Shown here: piece by piece, positions 8,130 to 19,385 of the stretch
Layout of the letters: every line of letters starts with the position of its first letter
Position numbering within the stretch: position 1 is the first letter of the stretch
Source of the DNA: Acidobacteriota bacterium
GTDB lineage: Bacteria; Acidobacteriota; UBA6911; RPQK01; JAJDTT01
Assembly: GCA_965209055.1 (NCBI GenBank)
Contig: OZ242374.1
Span: 4,832,001 to 4,896,000 of the forward strand
Direction of reading: 5' to 3'
DNA: 64,000 bases
Position numbers and translations under genes: made by a program
The notes under the pieces: model-generated
The model's input: the letters and a program-made list of their open reading frames with translations, nothing else
Told to the model about the DNA's origin: nothing
Database searches by the model: none

Positions 8130-10643
8130 ATGAATGTTCGATTCGGAACCGTCCTTTTCCTGATCCTGGCCGCCTGTCCGCTGATGGGCCAAATTGGGGA
8201 AGGCGCCACGGACGACGGGCCGCTGCTCTTTCGTGAAACCGTCCAGCCGATACTCCAGAACCGTTGCCTGGCCTGCCACAACCAGAAGGTTCGAAGCAGC
8301 GGCCTCTCGCTGGAGAGCCGGGACGGAGTACTCAGCGGCGGAACTCGGGGTCCGGCCGTTCTGCCGGGAGACTCGGAACAGAGCCGTCTGATCCAGGCGC
8401 TGGCCCATTCGTCCGATCTGAATATGCCTCCCGGAGGCAGGCTGCCGGATGCGGAAATCCAAGCCCTGGAACAATGGGTGGCATTGGGGGCTCCCTGGGA
8501 CGAGTCGGGCGATTCCCACACCGGCGGTCACTGGTCCTTTCAACCCGTCCGGCGTCCCGCGCCGCCTCAGGTTTCCGAAGCGGCGTGGATCCGCACACCC
8601 GTCGACAATTTCATCTTGCAGCGGTTGGAAGAGGAGGGACTGCAACCGTCACCCGAAGCCTCCCGGATCACGCTGCTGCGCCGTCTCAGCCTGGATCTTC
8701 TGGGCCTTCCGCCCTCTCCGGACGCCGTCGGCCGTTTCCTGGCGGACACCCGTCCCGGCGCCTACGAGCGCGCCGTGGAGCGCCTGCTGGCTTCGCCCCA
8801 CTACGGAGAACGCTGGGGCCGGCATTGGCTGGACGTGGCCCGTTACGCCGATTCGGACGGGTTCTCCGACGGACCCCGGCAGATCTGGATGTACCGGGAC
8901 TGGGTGGTCCGCTCCCTGAATCATGACCTGCCGTTCGACCGTTTCGCCATCCAGCAGTTGGCGGGCGACCTGGTTCCGGATGCGTCCAAGGAACAGATCG
9001 TCGCCACCGGATTCCACCGCAACACCCTCCTGAACCAGGAGGGGGGCATTGACGTGGAGCAGTACCGGGTCGAGCGGGTCGTGGACCGGGTCGAGACCAC
9101 CGGGGCCGCCTTTCTGGGCCTGACCGTCGGTTGCGCCCGCTGCCATGATCACAAGTACGATCCTGTTTCCCAGAAGGAGTTCTTCCAGCTCTACTCCTTC
9201 TTCAACAACGCCGAGGAGAGGAGCCCCGAACTGGAAAAGACGGACCGGCCGCGGCACTGGCCCTTCCTGGAGTTCGGGACCGACCGGGAGTTCGCCCGGC
9301 GAGACATCATCCGGAGCCAGTTGGCGCTGCTGGAGGAGGAGTTGAAATCCTACGAGAAGGATCTTCTGGACCGCTTGCCGCAATGGGAAAAGGAACTGGA
9401 ACCGGAGCGGCGGCGGGAGTTTCCTCTCGAAGTTCAGAAGATACTGGCGCTTCCGGCCGACGAGCGGAACGAGATCCAGCTCAAGACCCTGCATCTGCTC
9501 TACAAGGAGCACGATCTGGGCTTCTCCACCCGAAAGGCCGGCATCGACTCTCTGAAGCAGGCTGAACCGAAGCTCCCCAGCACCCTGGTGATGAGAGAAC
9601 TGCCGGAGCCCCGGGAGGCCTACGTCCATCTGGGCGGCGAGTTCACCCGCCGGGGAGATCCAGTCCGCCCGGGCGTGCCCGCCGTCCTGCCTCCGCTGGA
9701 CGCCCGGTCCCGGCCCGACCGCCTGGACCTGGCTCGATGGCTGGTGGAACCGGATCATCCTCTCACGGCCAGAGTCACCGTGAACCGGATTTGGCAACGG
9801 TACTTCGGCGCCGGACTGGTGGAGACCGAGAACGATTTCGGAATCCAGGGCGCCCAGCCGTCCCATCCGGCGCTTCTGGACTGGCTGGCCTCCGAGTTGA
9901 TACGCCGGCGCTGGAGCCTGAAGGCGATGCACCGGCTGATCGTCACCTCCGCCACCTACCGTCAGTCGTCCCGCCATCGAGCGGACGCCTCCAAGGTGGA
10001 CCCGGACAACCGGCTGCTGGCGCGGCAGCACCGTCTGCGGCTGGAGTCGGAGGTGGTGCGGGACGTCTGCCTGTCTGCCAGCGGACTCTGGAACCGGGCC
10101 ATCGGCGGGCCGCCCGTCTTTCCTCCCCAACCTCAGGGGAGCAGCCGCCTGGGACATTCCAAACGAGAGTGGGTCGCCAGCCAGGGTGAAGATCGATACC
10201 GCCGGGGCCTCTATACCCATTTTTGGCGCTCCACTCCCCATCCGGCCCTGATGGTCTTCGACAGTCCCAACGGGATCACCACCTGCACCCGGCGAAGCCG
10301 CTCCACCTCGCCCCTGCAGGCATTGACCCTGCTCAACGACGAGGCCTTTTTCGAGTTCGCCCAGGGTCTCGCCCGCCGGGTGCTCCGGGAGGGTCCGGAC
10401 CAGGACTCGGAGCGCATCGGCTACACCTTCCGCGTGTGCCTGTCGAGGCCCCCCAGCGCGGAGGAGACCACTCAATTGAAGCGGTTTCTGGATCGCCAGA
10501 GGACCGACCTGGCACAGCACCCGCGGGAGGCCCGATCCTTGCTTTCGCTGGATTCCGAGGACGAGGATCCGAAGGAACTCGCGGCCTGGACCCTCCTCTC
10601 CAGCGTGCTCCTGAACCTGGACGAATTCATCACCCGGGAGTGA
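8130..10643 (+). CDS. PSD1/DUF1553 + DUF1549 protein with planctomycete-type cytochrome c domain
   Basis: CLACH and CARCHDHK motifs; RHWLDVARY; LLNLDEFITRE end; paralog of 400-3000. Confidence 0.9.
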   Translation: MNVRFGTVLFLILAACPLMGQIGEGATDDGPLLFRETVQPILQNRCLACHNQKVRSSGLSLESRDGVLSGGTRGPAVLPGDSEQSRLIQALAHSSDLNMPPGGRLPDAEIQALEQWVALGAPWDESGDSHTGGHWSFQPVRRPAPPQVSEAAWIRTPVDNFILQRLEEEGLQPSPEASRITLLRRLSLDLLGLPPSPDAVGRFLADTRPGAYERAVERLLASPHYGERWGRHWLDVARYADSDGFSDGPRQIWMYRDWVVRSLNHDLPFDRFAIQQLAGDLVPDASKEQIVATGFHRNTLLNQEGGIDVEQYRVERVVDRVETTGAAFLGLTVGCARCHDHKYDPVSQKEFFQLYSFFNNAEERSPELEKTDRPRHWPFLEFGTDREFARRDIIRSQLALLEEELKSYEKDLLDRLPQWEKELEPERRREFPLEVQKILALPADERNEIQLKTLHLLYKEHDLGFSTRKAGIDSLKQAEPKLPSTLVMRELPEPREAYVHLGGEFTRRGDPVRPGVPAVLPPLDARSRPDRLDLARWLVEPDHPLTARVTVNRIWQRYFGAGLVETENDFGIQGAQPSHPALLDWLASELIRRRWSLKAMHRLIVTSATYRQSSRHRADASKVDPDNRLLARQHRLRLESEVVRDVCLSASGLWNRAIGGPPVFPPQPQGSSRLGHSKREWVASQGEDRYRRGLYTHFWRSTPHPALMVFDSPNGITTCTRRSRSTSPLQALTLLNDEAFFEFAQGLARRVLREGPDQDSERIGYTFRVCLSRPPSAEETTQLKRFLDRQRTDLAQHPREARSLLSLDSEDEDPKELAAWTLLSSVLLNLDEFITRE

Positions 10644-10648
10644 ACCCC

Positions 10649-12100
<1,452 letters not shown>

Positions 12101-12219
12101 CCCGCATTTCTCACCAGGTCGCTTTGCGTATGACGAATAAGGATCTGTTTTTGAGCATTTGCGCGAAATTGTCCAAGGTTTCTCCGAAAGAGACTGCGCT
12201 GGGCGCGCGCTCGCTGGTC

Positions 12220-12301
12220 TTTTCACCCTCAGCGCGCACGTGCTCCCTCGAACGTAGTCACCACTACGCTCTCGGTCGCGAGCACGCGCTGAGGGCGAAA
12301 A
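12220..12301. repeat. Long imperfect intergenic palindrome (REP/MITE-like)
   Basis: TTTTCACCCTCAGCGCG ... CGCGCTGAGGGCGAAAA (1 mismatch), with inner hairpin CGTAGT-CACC-ACTACG. Confidence 0.55.
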
Positions 12302-12402
12302 TCCTGCGCGATCGTCACGCCCCCTGGTGAGAAGTGCGGGTTAAACAGGAGCCACCTTTTGTCTTCCCCGTCTTCACCGGCTCCGGCCGCTCCACCGAGG
12401 TC

Positions 12403-13431
12403 ATGAACGCCGCCATCTATCGGGGAATCGGGCGAATCGGTCTGCAGCAAGTGGAGCGGCATCCGCCCCCACCCGGATACGTCACCATCGATACCCGGCA
12501 GACCGGCATCTGCGGAAGCGACCTTCACGCTTACCGGGGCCACTGGCCCCAGCCCAAGGCTTTGGCGCTGGGGCACGAGACCTCCGGCGTCGTGGTGGAG
12601 CTGGGGGAGGGGGCCACGGGAGTCGAGCCGGGAGACCGGGTCGCCATCGAGTGCTTCTCGCACTGCGGCCGCTGCCGCCACTGCCGGAGCGGCCACTACA
12701 ACCACTGCCGGGAGCGCCAGTGGGTTTCCCAGGATACGCACGGAGGTTTTGCCGAGTTCACGACCGCTCACGCCTCGGCCCTCTTCCGTCTCCCTGCGAG
12801 CCTGAGCTTCGAAGAAGGGGCCCTGGTCGAACCCCTGGCGGTCGGTTGCCGGGCGGTGGGCCAGGCCGGCGCGACCTGGCGGGACCGGGTCGTGATCCTG
12901 GGCGGTGGAACCATCGGCCAGTTCTGCCTGGCGGCGGCCAGGGCGGCCAACGTGCGGGAGACCTGGATCACCGTCAAGTACCCGCAACAGGCCCGGATGG
13001 CCCAGGGTCTGGGCGCCGACCACGTGTTCGTGCTGGGTGAGAGCGACCTGGAGGACTGGGTGAGCGGCCTGGACCAGGGTCCGCGGCCGGACGCGGTGAT
13101 CGAAACGGTGGGAGGAGGCGGCAATTTTGACCTCGCCCTTCGGATTGTCCGGCCCCGCGGCACCGTGGTCCTGGTGGCCGGCTATCCGGAACCGGTCCAG
13201 GTGGACCTGGGCCGGGTTCTGGAATCCGAGGCGGTCGTGACCGGGTCCCACTGTTACGCTTCAACGGGATTGGACACCGACTTCGGCGCGGCCATCGACC
13301 TGATGGCCAGCGGCCGGGTGGATGCGACCCGTCTCGTCACCCACCGGTTTCCTTTGGAAGCCGTCGAAGAGGCCTTTCGTGTGGCCGCGGACAAATCCTC
13401 CGGTTCCATCAAGGTCCACCTCTGCCAGTGA
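12403..13431 (+). CDS. Zinc-dependent alcohol dehydrogenase (MDR family)
   Basis: GICGSDLH, GHE, CGRCRHCRSGHYNHC and ALVEPLAV motifs. Confidence 0.9.
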   Translation: MNAAIYRGIGRIGLQQVERHPPPPGYVTIDTRQTGICGSDLHAYRGHWPQPKALALGHETSGVVVELGEGATGVEPGDRVAIECFSHCGRCRHCRSGHYNHCRERQWVSQDTHGGFAEFTTAHASALFRLPASLSFEEGALVEPLAVGCRAVGQAGATWRDRVVILGGGTIGQFCLAAARAANVRETWITVKYPQQARMAQGLGADHVFVLGESDLEDWVSGLDQGPRPDAVIETVGGGGNFDLALRIVRPRGTVVLVAGYPEPVQVDLGRVLESEAVVTGSHCYASTGLDTDFGAAIDLMASGRVDATRLVTHRFPLEAVEEAFRVAADKSSGSIKVHLCQ

Positions 13432-13505
13432 TCTTTCCCCGCTCCATTCCCATACCACGAAAAAGGCGAAAAGCAGGTATCCTGGAACCAGAGAGTGACA
13501 ATCCC

Positions 13506-14843
13506 ATGCAGGGACGACGTACTCCGGACATGACACGGCGATCGCTGCTGACTCGCGGGCTCGCGGGTATTGCGGCGACGGCGTGGACCAGTCGACGGAG
13601 GGCCGGGGCCACACCCGTACAATTGTCCAACCCGGCCGCGGCCACCCAACGGACGCATCCGGATTCACATTCCGGCCCACCTCGGAAGGAGATCGTGCTG
13701 GGCATGTCCGCCGCCTTTTCCGGCCCCTCCCGAGGCTTGGGCAGCGAGCTCTACCGGGGAGCCAAGGCCTATTTCAACCACGTCAACGAAAATGGCGGCG
13801 TCAACGGCTGCCGGATCCTCCTGAAGCTCTACGACGACGGCTATCAGCCGGACCCGTGCGTCAGGAACACCATGAAGCTCATGTTGGAGGACCGGGTCTT
13901 CCTCCTGTTCGGCTACGTGGGGACACCGACGGTGACGCGGGTGCTGCCCCTGCTCAAGAAGTTTCAGGACGAGAAGGTCTTTCTCTTCTTTCCCTTCACC
14001 GGAGCCCAGCCCCAGAGGGAACCGCCCTACGGCGACTTCGCCTTCAACCTCCGGGCGTCCTACCGGCAGGAGACCGCCGGCCTGGTCGACAACTTTCTTC
14101 GCGTCGGCAAGAGGCGCATCGCCGTGTTCTACCAGGCCGACGCCTATGGCAGGAGCGGCTGGGCGGGCGTCCGCGCGGCCCTGGCGGCCCACGGCGAGAG
14201 ACTGGTCGGCGAGGCCACGTACCGCCGCGGGCAACGGTTCACCGGCACCATGAGGGCACAGGTCGAAATTCTCCAGGCGGCTTCTCCCGACGCCGTGATC
14301 TGCATCGGTTCGTACGCCGCGTGCGCCGCGTTCGCGCGCGACGCCGTGGGCCTGGGGCTTCAGATTCCCATCGCCAACCTCTCGTTCGTAGGGAGCGAGA
14401 ACCTCCTCCAACTGCTCACCGAGGACCGCGACGACGCAGAGAAATACACCCGTTTTCTGGTCAACTCGCAAGTTGTACCCAGCTATGAGAACACCTCCAT
14501 TCCGGCGGTGCGGGAGTACCGGCAATTGATGGAGCGTTACGACCCCGCCGTTCCCGAGGAATTGGTCAAGGAACCTTACAGTCCGTTCCCCCAGAGCTTT
14601 GTCAGTCTGGAGGGATTCCTGGATGCCAAGCTGATGGCGGAGATTCTTCGGCGCATGGGGGGCGGGCACGATCGAACGAAACTGGAGAAGGCGGTCTTCT
14701 CGGTACGGAACTACGACCTCGGAATCGGGGAACCGGTCTCATTCGGCCCCGACCGCCGGCAGGGGCTTCAGATGGTCTATTACACCGTCGTCGAGGGCGG
14801 CCGCTTCGTGACCCTGGACGATTGGCAAGGTTGGGTTTCCTGA
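13506..14843 (+). CDS. Tat-exported substrate-binding protein, LIVBP/Peripla_BP_6 type
   Basis: TRRSLL Tat motif; GMSAAFSGPSRGLG, NENGGVNG, YDDGYQP, GYVGTPT and NLRASYRQE. Start codon uncertain (13428/13506/13530). Confidence 0.85.
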   Translation: MQGRRTPDMTRRSLLTRGLAGIAATAWTSRRRAGATPVQLSNPAAATQRTHPDSHSGPPRKEIVLGMSAAFSGPSRGLGSELYRGAKAYFNHVNENGGVNGCRILLKLYDDGYQPDPCVRNTMKLMLEDRVFLLFGYVGTPTVTRVLPLLKKFQDEKVFLFFPFTGAQPQREPPYGDFAFNLRASYRQETAGLVDNFLRVGKRRIAVFYQADAYGRSGWAGVRAALAAHGERLVGEATYRRGQRFTGTMRAQVEILQAASPDAVICIGSYAACAAFARDAVGLGLQIPIANLSFVGSENLLQLLTEDRDDAEKYTRFLVNSQVVPSYENTSIPAVREYRQLMERYDPAVPEELVKEPYSPFPQSFVSLEGFLDAKLMAEILRRMGGGHDRTKLEKAVFSVRNYDLGIGEPVSFGPDRRQGLQMVYYTVVEGGRFVTLDDWQGWVS

Positions 14844-14844
14844 A

Positions 14845-15588
14845 ATGAAGATACAGAAACTTTTCCAGAAAACCCGCTTCGGCATTTTCGCCCTCTTCGG
14901 ACTGATCGTCCTGTCGACGTCGATTCTGTGCATCTACACCGTCGATACCCAGTTGTCGGCCGAATACGAGACCAATACCAGGAATATCGCCAAGACCATT
15001 GCCGATGCCAGCGTGGACATCCTGCTGAACCGGAATCTGGCGACGTTGCAGTCGATGATCGATCAGTTCGTGGAGATCCAGGGAATCCGCTACATCTACA
15101 TCACGAGCGAGTCGGGCGAATACCTGGCTCACACCTTCGTCCCGGGGATTCCCGAGCAGGTCCTGGCCAGTGATCCGTCCAGCACCGAGCCGGTGGAACG
15201 CAGCATTCCCGGAATGGGCGACTTCGTTGAAGTGGGCAGCCCCATCCTGGCCGGGGTCGCCGGCACCGTCCACGTGGGGATGGATCTGGACCTGGTTGCC
15301 CTTAAGATCCAGCGGGCCATCGGCCAGCAGGTCATCCTGATCTGCATCTTTCTCGTGGTCGGTATTCTGGCGTCGATCTGGTTCGTGAACCTGGCGGCAA
15401 AGCCGCTGGGTGGACTCCTGGCTTATGCCGTCGACCTGGCGGGCAACCGGGATACGGACGAGGCGAGAGACGACGAACTGCTGGCACGCGACGACGAAGT
15501 CGGCGACTTGGCCCGCCTCTTCCGTTACGTGTCCGACCGCGGGTCCGGTTCGGAGTCGTCCGGGACCCCACCGGGACAGCCCGGGTAG
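14845..15588 (+). CDS. Two-TM sensor-like membrane protein with degenerate HAMP and no output domain
   Basis: TM1, extracytoplasmic domain (GTVHVGM), TM2, then AKPLGGL...RDDEVGDLARLF, then stop. Confidence 0.7.
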   Translation: MKIQKLFQKTRFGIFALFGLIVLSTSILCIYTVDTQLSAEYETNTRNIAKTIADASVDILLNRNLATLQSMIDQFVEIQGIRYIYITSESGEYLAHTFVPGIPEQVLASDPSSTEPVERSIPGMGDFVEVGSPILAGVAGTVHVGMDLDLVALKIQRAIGQQVILICIFLVVGILASIWFVNLAAKPLGGLLAYAVDLAGNRDTDEARDDELLARDDEVGDLARLFRYVSDRGSGSESSGTPPGQPG

Positions 15589-15602
15589 GAGGAAATCGAG
15601 CG

Positions 15603-16907
15603 GTGCGCATTCCGCGAAGCGGCATAGCTCTCATTTGCACCACTCTTCAAATCTGCTTCGGCACCGTCTATGCGTGGAGCTTCTTTCAGACGATGCTGGT
15701 CCGGCAGGTCGGCTGGAGCCATACTCAAACCGCCTGGGCCTTCAGCATCACCATCTTCTCGCTGGGCGTTTCGGCGGCTTGGGCGGGGAGCATGCTTCCC
15801 TGGCTGGGCCCCCGGCTACTGGCCCTGGCCGGCAGCATCATGTTCTCCGGCGGATACCTGATCGCGGGCGTCGCGCTGCAACTCGATCTGGTTCCTCTTT
15901 TCTATTTGGGATACGGCGTGATCGGCGGCGCCGGGATCGGATTCGGTTACGTGACGCCGGTCGCGACGGTCGCCAAGTGGTTTCCGGACCACAAGGGGCT
16001 CGCCACCGGCATCGTGGTGATGGGCTTCGGAGTCGGCGCGTTCCTCCTGAGCAAGGGACTGGCGCCACTCCTGATCGTCCGGACGGCGGGAACGCTCCCC
16101 ATGGTCTTCTTCTGGCTCGGAATCATCTTCGCCTGCATCCTGATTCCCTGCAGCCTCCTCCTGAGCAATCCCCCCGCTCCTGCCGCTCAGACCCGGGGAA
16201 ACCAAAGCATCCGGCAGGATGCCGCCGCACCGCGATCGGCCCGGACCTATTTGGGCACCACCCAGTTCGTCATCATGTGGATCGTCTTCTTTTTCAATAT
16301 CGCCGCCGGGATTTCCGTGATCAGCTTCCAATCGGAACTTCTTCAGGAGATCTGGGGACTCTCCGATCCGTCCATCGAGCCGACCATGCTGGCCGCATAC
16401 GGCGCGACGCTCATTGCCGTCAGTTCGCTCTGCAACGGTGTGGGACGCCTCTTCTGGGGACTCCTCTCCGACCGTCTGGGCCGGGCCGCGGTCTTCCGCA
16501 TCCTGCTGGCCAGCCAGATGGTGGTCTTCGGGGTCCTCATGACCGAGACCAACCCCTGGATCTTCTCCATCCTGGTCTGCTACGTGCTCCTCTGCTTCGG
16601 CGGCGGGTTCGCCACCATGCCCCCCTTCGTGCTCGACGTCTTCGGCAACAGGAAGATGTCCACCATCTATGGCGTGATTCTCACGGCGTGGGCCGCCGCC
16701 GGCATCTGCGGGCCGCTCTACATGGGATATCTGAAGGACACCTACCCCGACCGGGCCGTCATGTACTGTTTTCTCATCGGCATCCTCATGCTGGGAGCCG
16801 GGTATCTGTTTTCCTACCTGCTCAATGACGGGAGGATACGGCTGGGGCGTCCCACCCTGGAGAGCACGCTGCACCGCTACGGGATTCCGGTTCCGGGCAA
16901 GAGCTGA
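15603..16907 (+). CDS. MFS transporter, oxalate/formate antiporter (OFA) family
   Basis: GTVYAWS, AKWFPDHKGLATG, NGVGRLFWGLLSDRLGR, FGGGFATMP and YGVILTAW motifs. Confidence 0.88.
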   Translation: MRIPRSGIALICTTLQICFGTVYAWSFFQTMLVRQVGWSHTQTAWAFSITIFSLGVSAAWAGSMLPWLGPRLLALAGSIMFSGGYLIAGVALQLDLVPLFYLGYGVIGGAGIGFGYVTPVATVAKWFPDHKGLATGIVVMGFGVGAFLLSKGLAPLLIVRTAGTLPMVFFWLGIIFACILIPCSLLLSNPPAPAAQTRGNQSIRQDAAAPRSARTYLGTTQFVIMWIVFFFNIAAGISVISFQSELLQEIWGLSDPSIEPTMLAAYGATLIAVSSLCNGVGRLFWGLLSDRLGRAAVFRILLASQMVVFGVLMTETNPWIFSILVCYVLLCFGGGFATMPPFVLDVFGNRKMSTIYGVILTAWAAAGICGPLYMGYLKDTYPDRAVMYCFLIGILMLGAGYLFSYLLNDGRIRLGRPTLESTLHRYGIPVPGKS

Positions 16908-17046
16908 AAAAGCCCCGGCGGGTTTGTTGCATCCTGAATCGGAATACATAAAATCGTAGTTTTTTCAGCCCGACTTCCGCCACCGGATTGCGGTATTCTT
17001 GTCCCCGCTTACGGCTCGGACGGACGGCGCCGGCGATCCAGGGATC

Positions 17047-17559
17047 ATGCGAAGACGCGAGTGGTTTCGGAAATTGGTGGGAGGACTCGTTGGAATCGGC
17101 CTGTTGGCCGTCCCATTGGGAGCGGGTCTGGTCTTCCTCCTCAATCCCCTTCGCCGCCGCGCCGGTCAGCACGGCTTCAGCCGAGTGGCGTCCGTTGAAA
17201 GCCTTCCGATGGGCGTCCCCCGGCACTTCATGGTCCGTGGCCAGCGCCGGGACGCCTGGGAAGTGGGCGCCCAGGTCCCGCTGGGGGCCGTTTACCTGGT
17301 ACGTCAGGAGACCGGCATCCGGGCCTTCCAGGTGATCTGTCCCCATGCCGGATGCTTCGTCGGATATGAAACGGACAAGCGGCGGTTCCTTTGCCCCTGT
17401 CACGACAGCTCCTTCGGGCTGGACGGCGCCGTCGCCGATCCCGGCAGCCCCTCTCCCCGGGGTCTGGACGAGCTGGAGGTCAAGATCGAGAAGGGCGAGG
17501 TCCTGGTTCGTTACCAGGAGTTTCGACCCGGTATCGGCGAGAGGATCGCCGTCTCGTGA
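17047..17559 (+). CDS. Rieske [2Fe-2S] subunit of a cytochrome bc complex
   Basis: MRRREWF Tat motif plus TM; CPHAGC and CPCHDS boxes. Confidence 0.92.
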   Translation: MRRREWFRKLVGGLVGIGLLAVPLGAGLVFLLNPLRRRAGQHGFSRVASVESLPMGVPRHFMVRGQRRDAWEVGAQVPLGAVYLVRQETGIRAFQVICPHAGCFVGYETDKRRFLCPCHDSSFGLDGAVADPGSPSPRGLDELEVKIEKGEVLVRYQEFRPGIGERIAVS

Positions 17560-19373
17560 GCGACTGGCTGGATCGCAGGACGGGCTACCGGCGACTCGTC
17601 TCCTGGCTGCTGTACGAGTCGATCCCGGGCGGCGCCAGATGGCGCTACGTCTGGGGCAGCACGCTGATCTTCACTTTCCTGCTCCAGATCCTGACCGGAT
17701 TCCTCCTATGGACCGCCTACAGTCCCTCGATCCGGTCGGCCTGGGAGAGCGTCTACTTCATCCAGCACCAGATGGAGTTGGGCTGGTTCATCCGGGGACT
17801 TCATCACTACGCCTCCCACGCCATGATCGTGCTGCTGGTCTTCCATCTGGTGCAGGTGGTCATCGCCGGGGCTTACCGTTCTCCGCGCGAGATCAACTGG
17901 TGGTTCGGCATGCTGCTGCTGGGGCTGGTGCTGGGAACGGCCCTCACCGGGTACCTGTTGCCGTGGGACGAACGGGGATACTGGGCCACCCAGGTGACCA
18001 CCAAGATCCTGGGAATCGTGCCCCTGATGGGACCGACCCTGGAACGCCTGCTGCTGGGCGGACCGACTTACGGACATCACACGCTCACACGTTTTTTCGC
18101 TTTGCACGCCGGCATTCTGCCGGCTCTGCTGGTGCTGGCCACGGTCTTGCACGTCGTCCTGTTCCGCCGCCACGGCGTGACCCATCCCGGGAATGCCAAA
18201 GGAGAGGACTATTTCTGGCCCCGGCAGGCGTTGCTTGACGGAATCGCGTGCTTGGCCGTAATGGTCGTGTTGGCAGCGCTGGCCGGTTGGGGCGGATGGG
18301 AGCGGGGCTTCGTATTCGGACCCGAAGGCGGAGCACCCCTGGATGCGCCGGCCGATCCTTCCCGGCCTTCCCCTTCGGCGCGCCCCGAATGGTACCTGCT
18401 CTTTCTGTACCAGTTCCTGAAGTATTTCCCGGGACGGACCGAGGTGATCGGCGCCGTGGTGATTCCCTCGGTTGTGGTTGGGGTCATGTTGTGTTTCCCC
18501 TTTCTGGGCCGCATCCGCCGGGGGCACGCGCTGTGCGTCGGGATCACCGTCGCCACGCTCACCGGCGCGCTGCTGCTGACGGTGACGGCCGTGCGGGAGG
18601 ACCAGACCCGGCCCATGTACCTGGCGGGACTGGCGGAAGCGGAAAAGAAGGCCCGGCGTGTCCTGGAACTGGCCAGTGAAAACGGGATTCCTCCCGGCGG
18701 GGCCCTGGCGATGCTGCACCGGGACCCGCAGACTCAGGGTCCGCCGTTGTTTCGAGACAACTGCTCCGCCTGCCACCGCTGGGACGGCCATGACGGAACC
18801 GGGGCCCAGGTGACGGAGGTCCGGAATGGAGAGTCCGTGGCGGTCGGGGCGAGCGCCAGCGATCTGGCCGGATTCGGCACTCCGCAATGGGTCGCCGAAT
18901 TCCTGAGGGATCCGGCGTCGGAGCGCTTCTTCGGGAAGACCCGCCACCGGGAGGGGACCATGGTCCAGTGGTCCCGGAAGAACATTCCTCTCATGACCGA
19001 GCGAGAGATCGAAGCCGTGTCGGCGTTCGTCATCCACCACGCCGGCGATCCCGAACCAGCGGTGGCGGACCCGGAACTCATGGCGCTCGGAGCGCGCGTT
19101 TTCTCGTCAGGAACTTCGGAAGGGGCCCAAGGCTGCATCCTGTGCCATCAACTCGACCACCCGGAGGTGTCGGGGTCGGGAATGGCTCTGGGACCGGACC
19201 TGACCGGATATGGTTCACCGGAGTGGCTGGGCGGAATCATCAAGGATTCTTCCCAGCCCCGTTTCTACGGCAACCAGAACTCCGGGATGCCCAAGTTCGC
19301 CCATCGGCTCCGCAACCAGGAGCTCCAACTCCTCACCGACTGGATCCTGGCGGAGAACCCAACCGGAAAGTAG
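17556..19373 (+). CDS. Cytochrome b (b6 + subunit IV-like) fused to two c-type cytochrome domains
   Basis: GTG start overlapping the Rieske stop; RGLHHYASH..FH, TGYLLPWD, RFFALH..LH and RPEWY; C-terminal CSACH and CILCH. Confidence 0.9.
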   Translation: MSDWLDRRTGYRRLVSWLLYESIPGGARWRYVWGSTLIFTFLLQILTGFLLWTAYSPSIRSAWESVYFIQHQMELGWFIRGLHHYASHAMIVLLVFHLVQVVIAGAYRSPREINWWFGMLLLGLVLGTALTGYLLPWDERGYWATQVTTKILGIVPLMGPTLERLLLGGPTYGHHTLTRFFALHAGILPALLVLATVLHVVLFRRHGVTHPGNAKGEDYFWPRQALLDGIACLAVMVVLAALAGWGGWERGFVFGPEGGAPLDAPADPSRPSPSARPEWYLLFLYQFLKYFPGRTEVIGAVVIPSVVVGVMLCFPFLGRIRRGHALCVGITVATLTGALLLTVTAVREDQTRPMYLAGLAEAEKKARRVLELASENGIPPGGALAMLHRDPQTQGPPLFRDNCSACHRWDGHDGTGAQVTEVRNGESVAVGASASDLAGFGTPQWVAEFLRDPASERFFGKTRHREGTMVQWSRKNIPLMTEREIEAVSAFVIHHAGDPEPAVADPELMALGARVFSSGTSEGAQGCILCHQLDHPEVSGSGMALGPDLTGYGSPEWLGGIIKDSSQPRFYGNQNSGMPKFAHRLRNQELQLLTDWILAENPTGK

Positions 19374-19385
19374 GGCACAGCGACC

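Noticed and set aside
400-10643. Inverted duplication or invertible segment bounded by the two PSD1 genes
   Set aside because: Similarity is limited to conserved protein motifs; these are old paralogs with no long nucleotide identity and no nearby recombinase.
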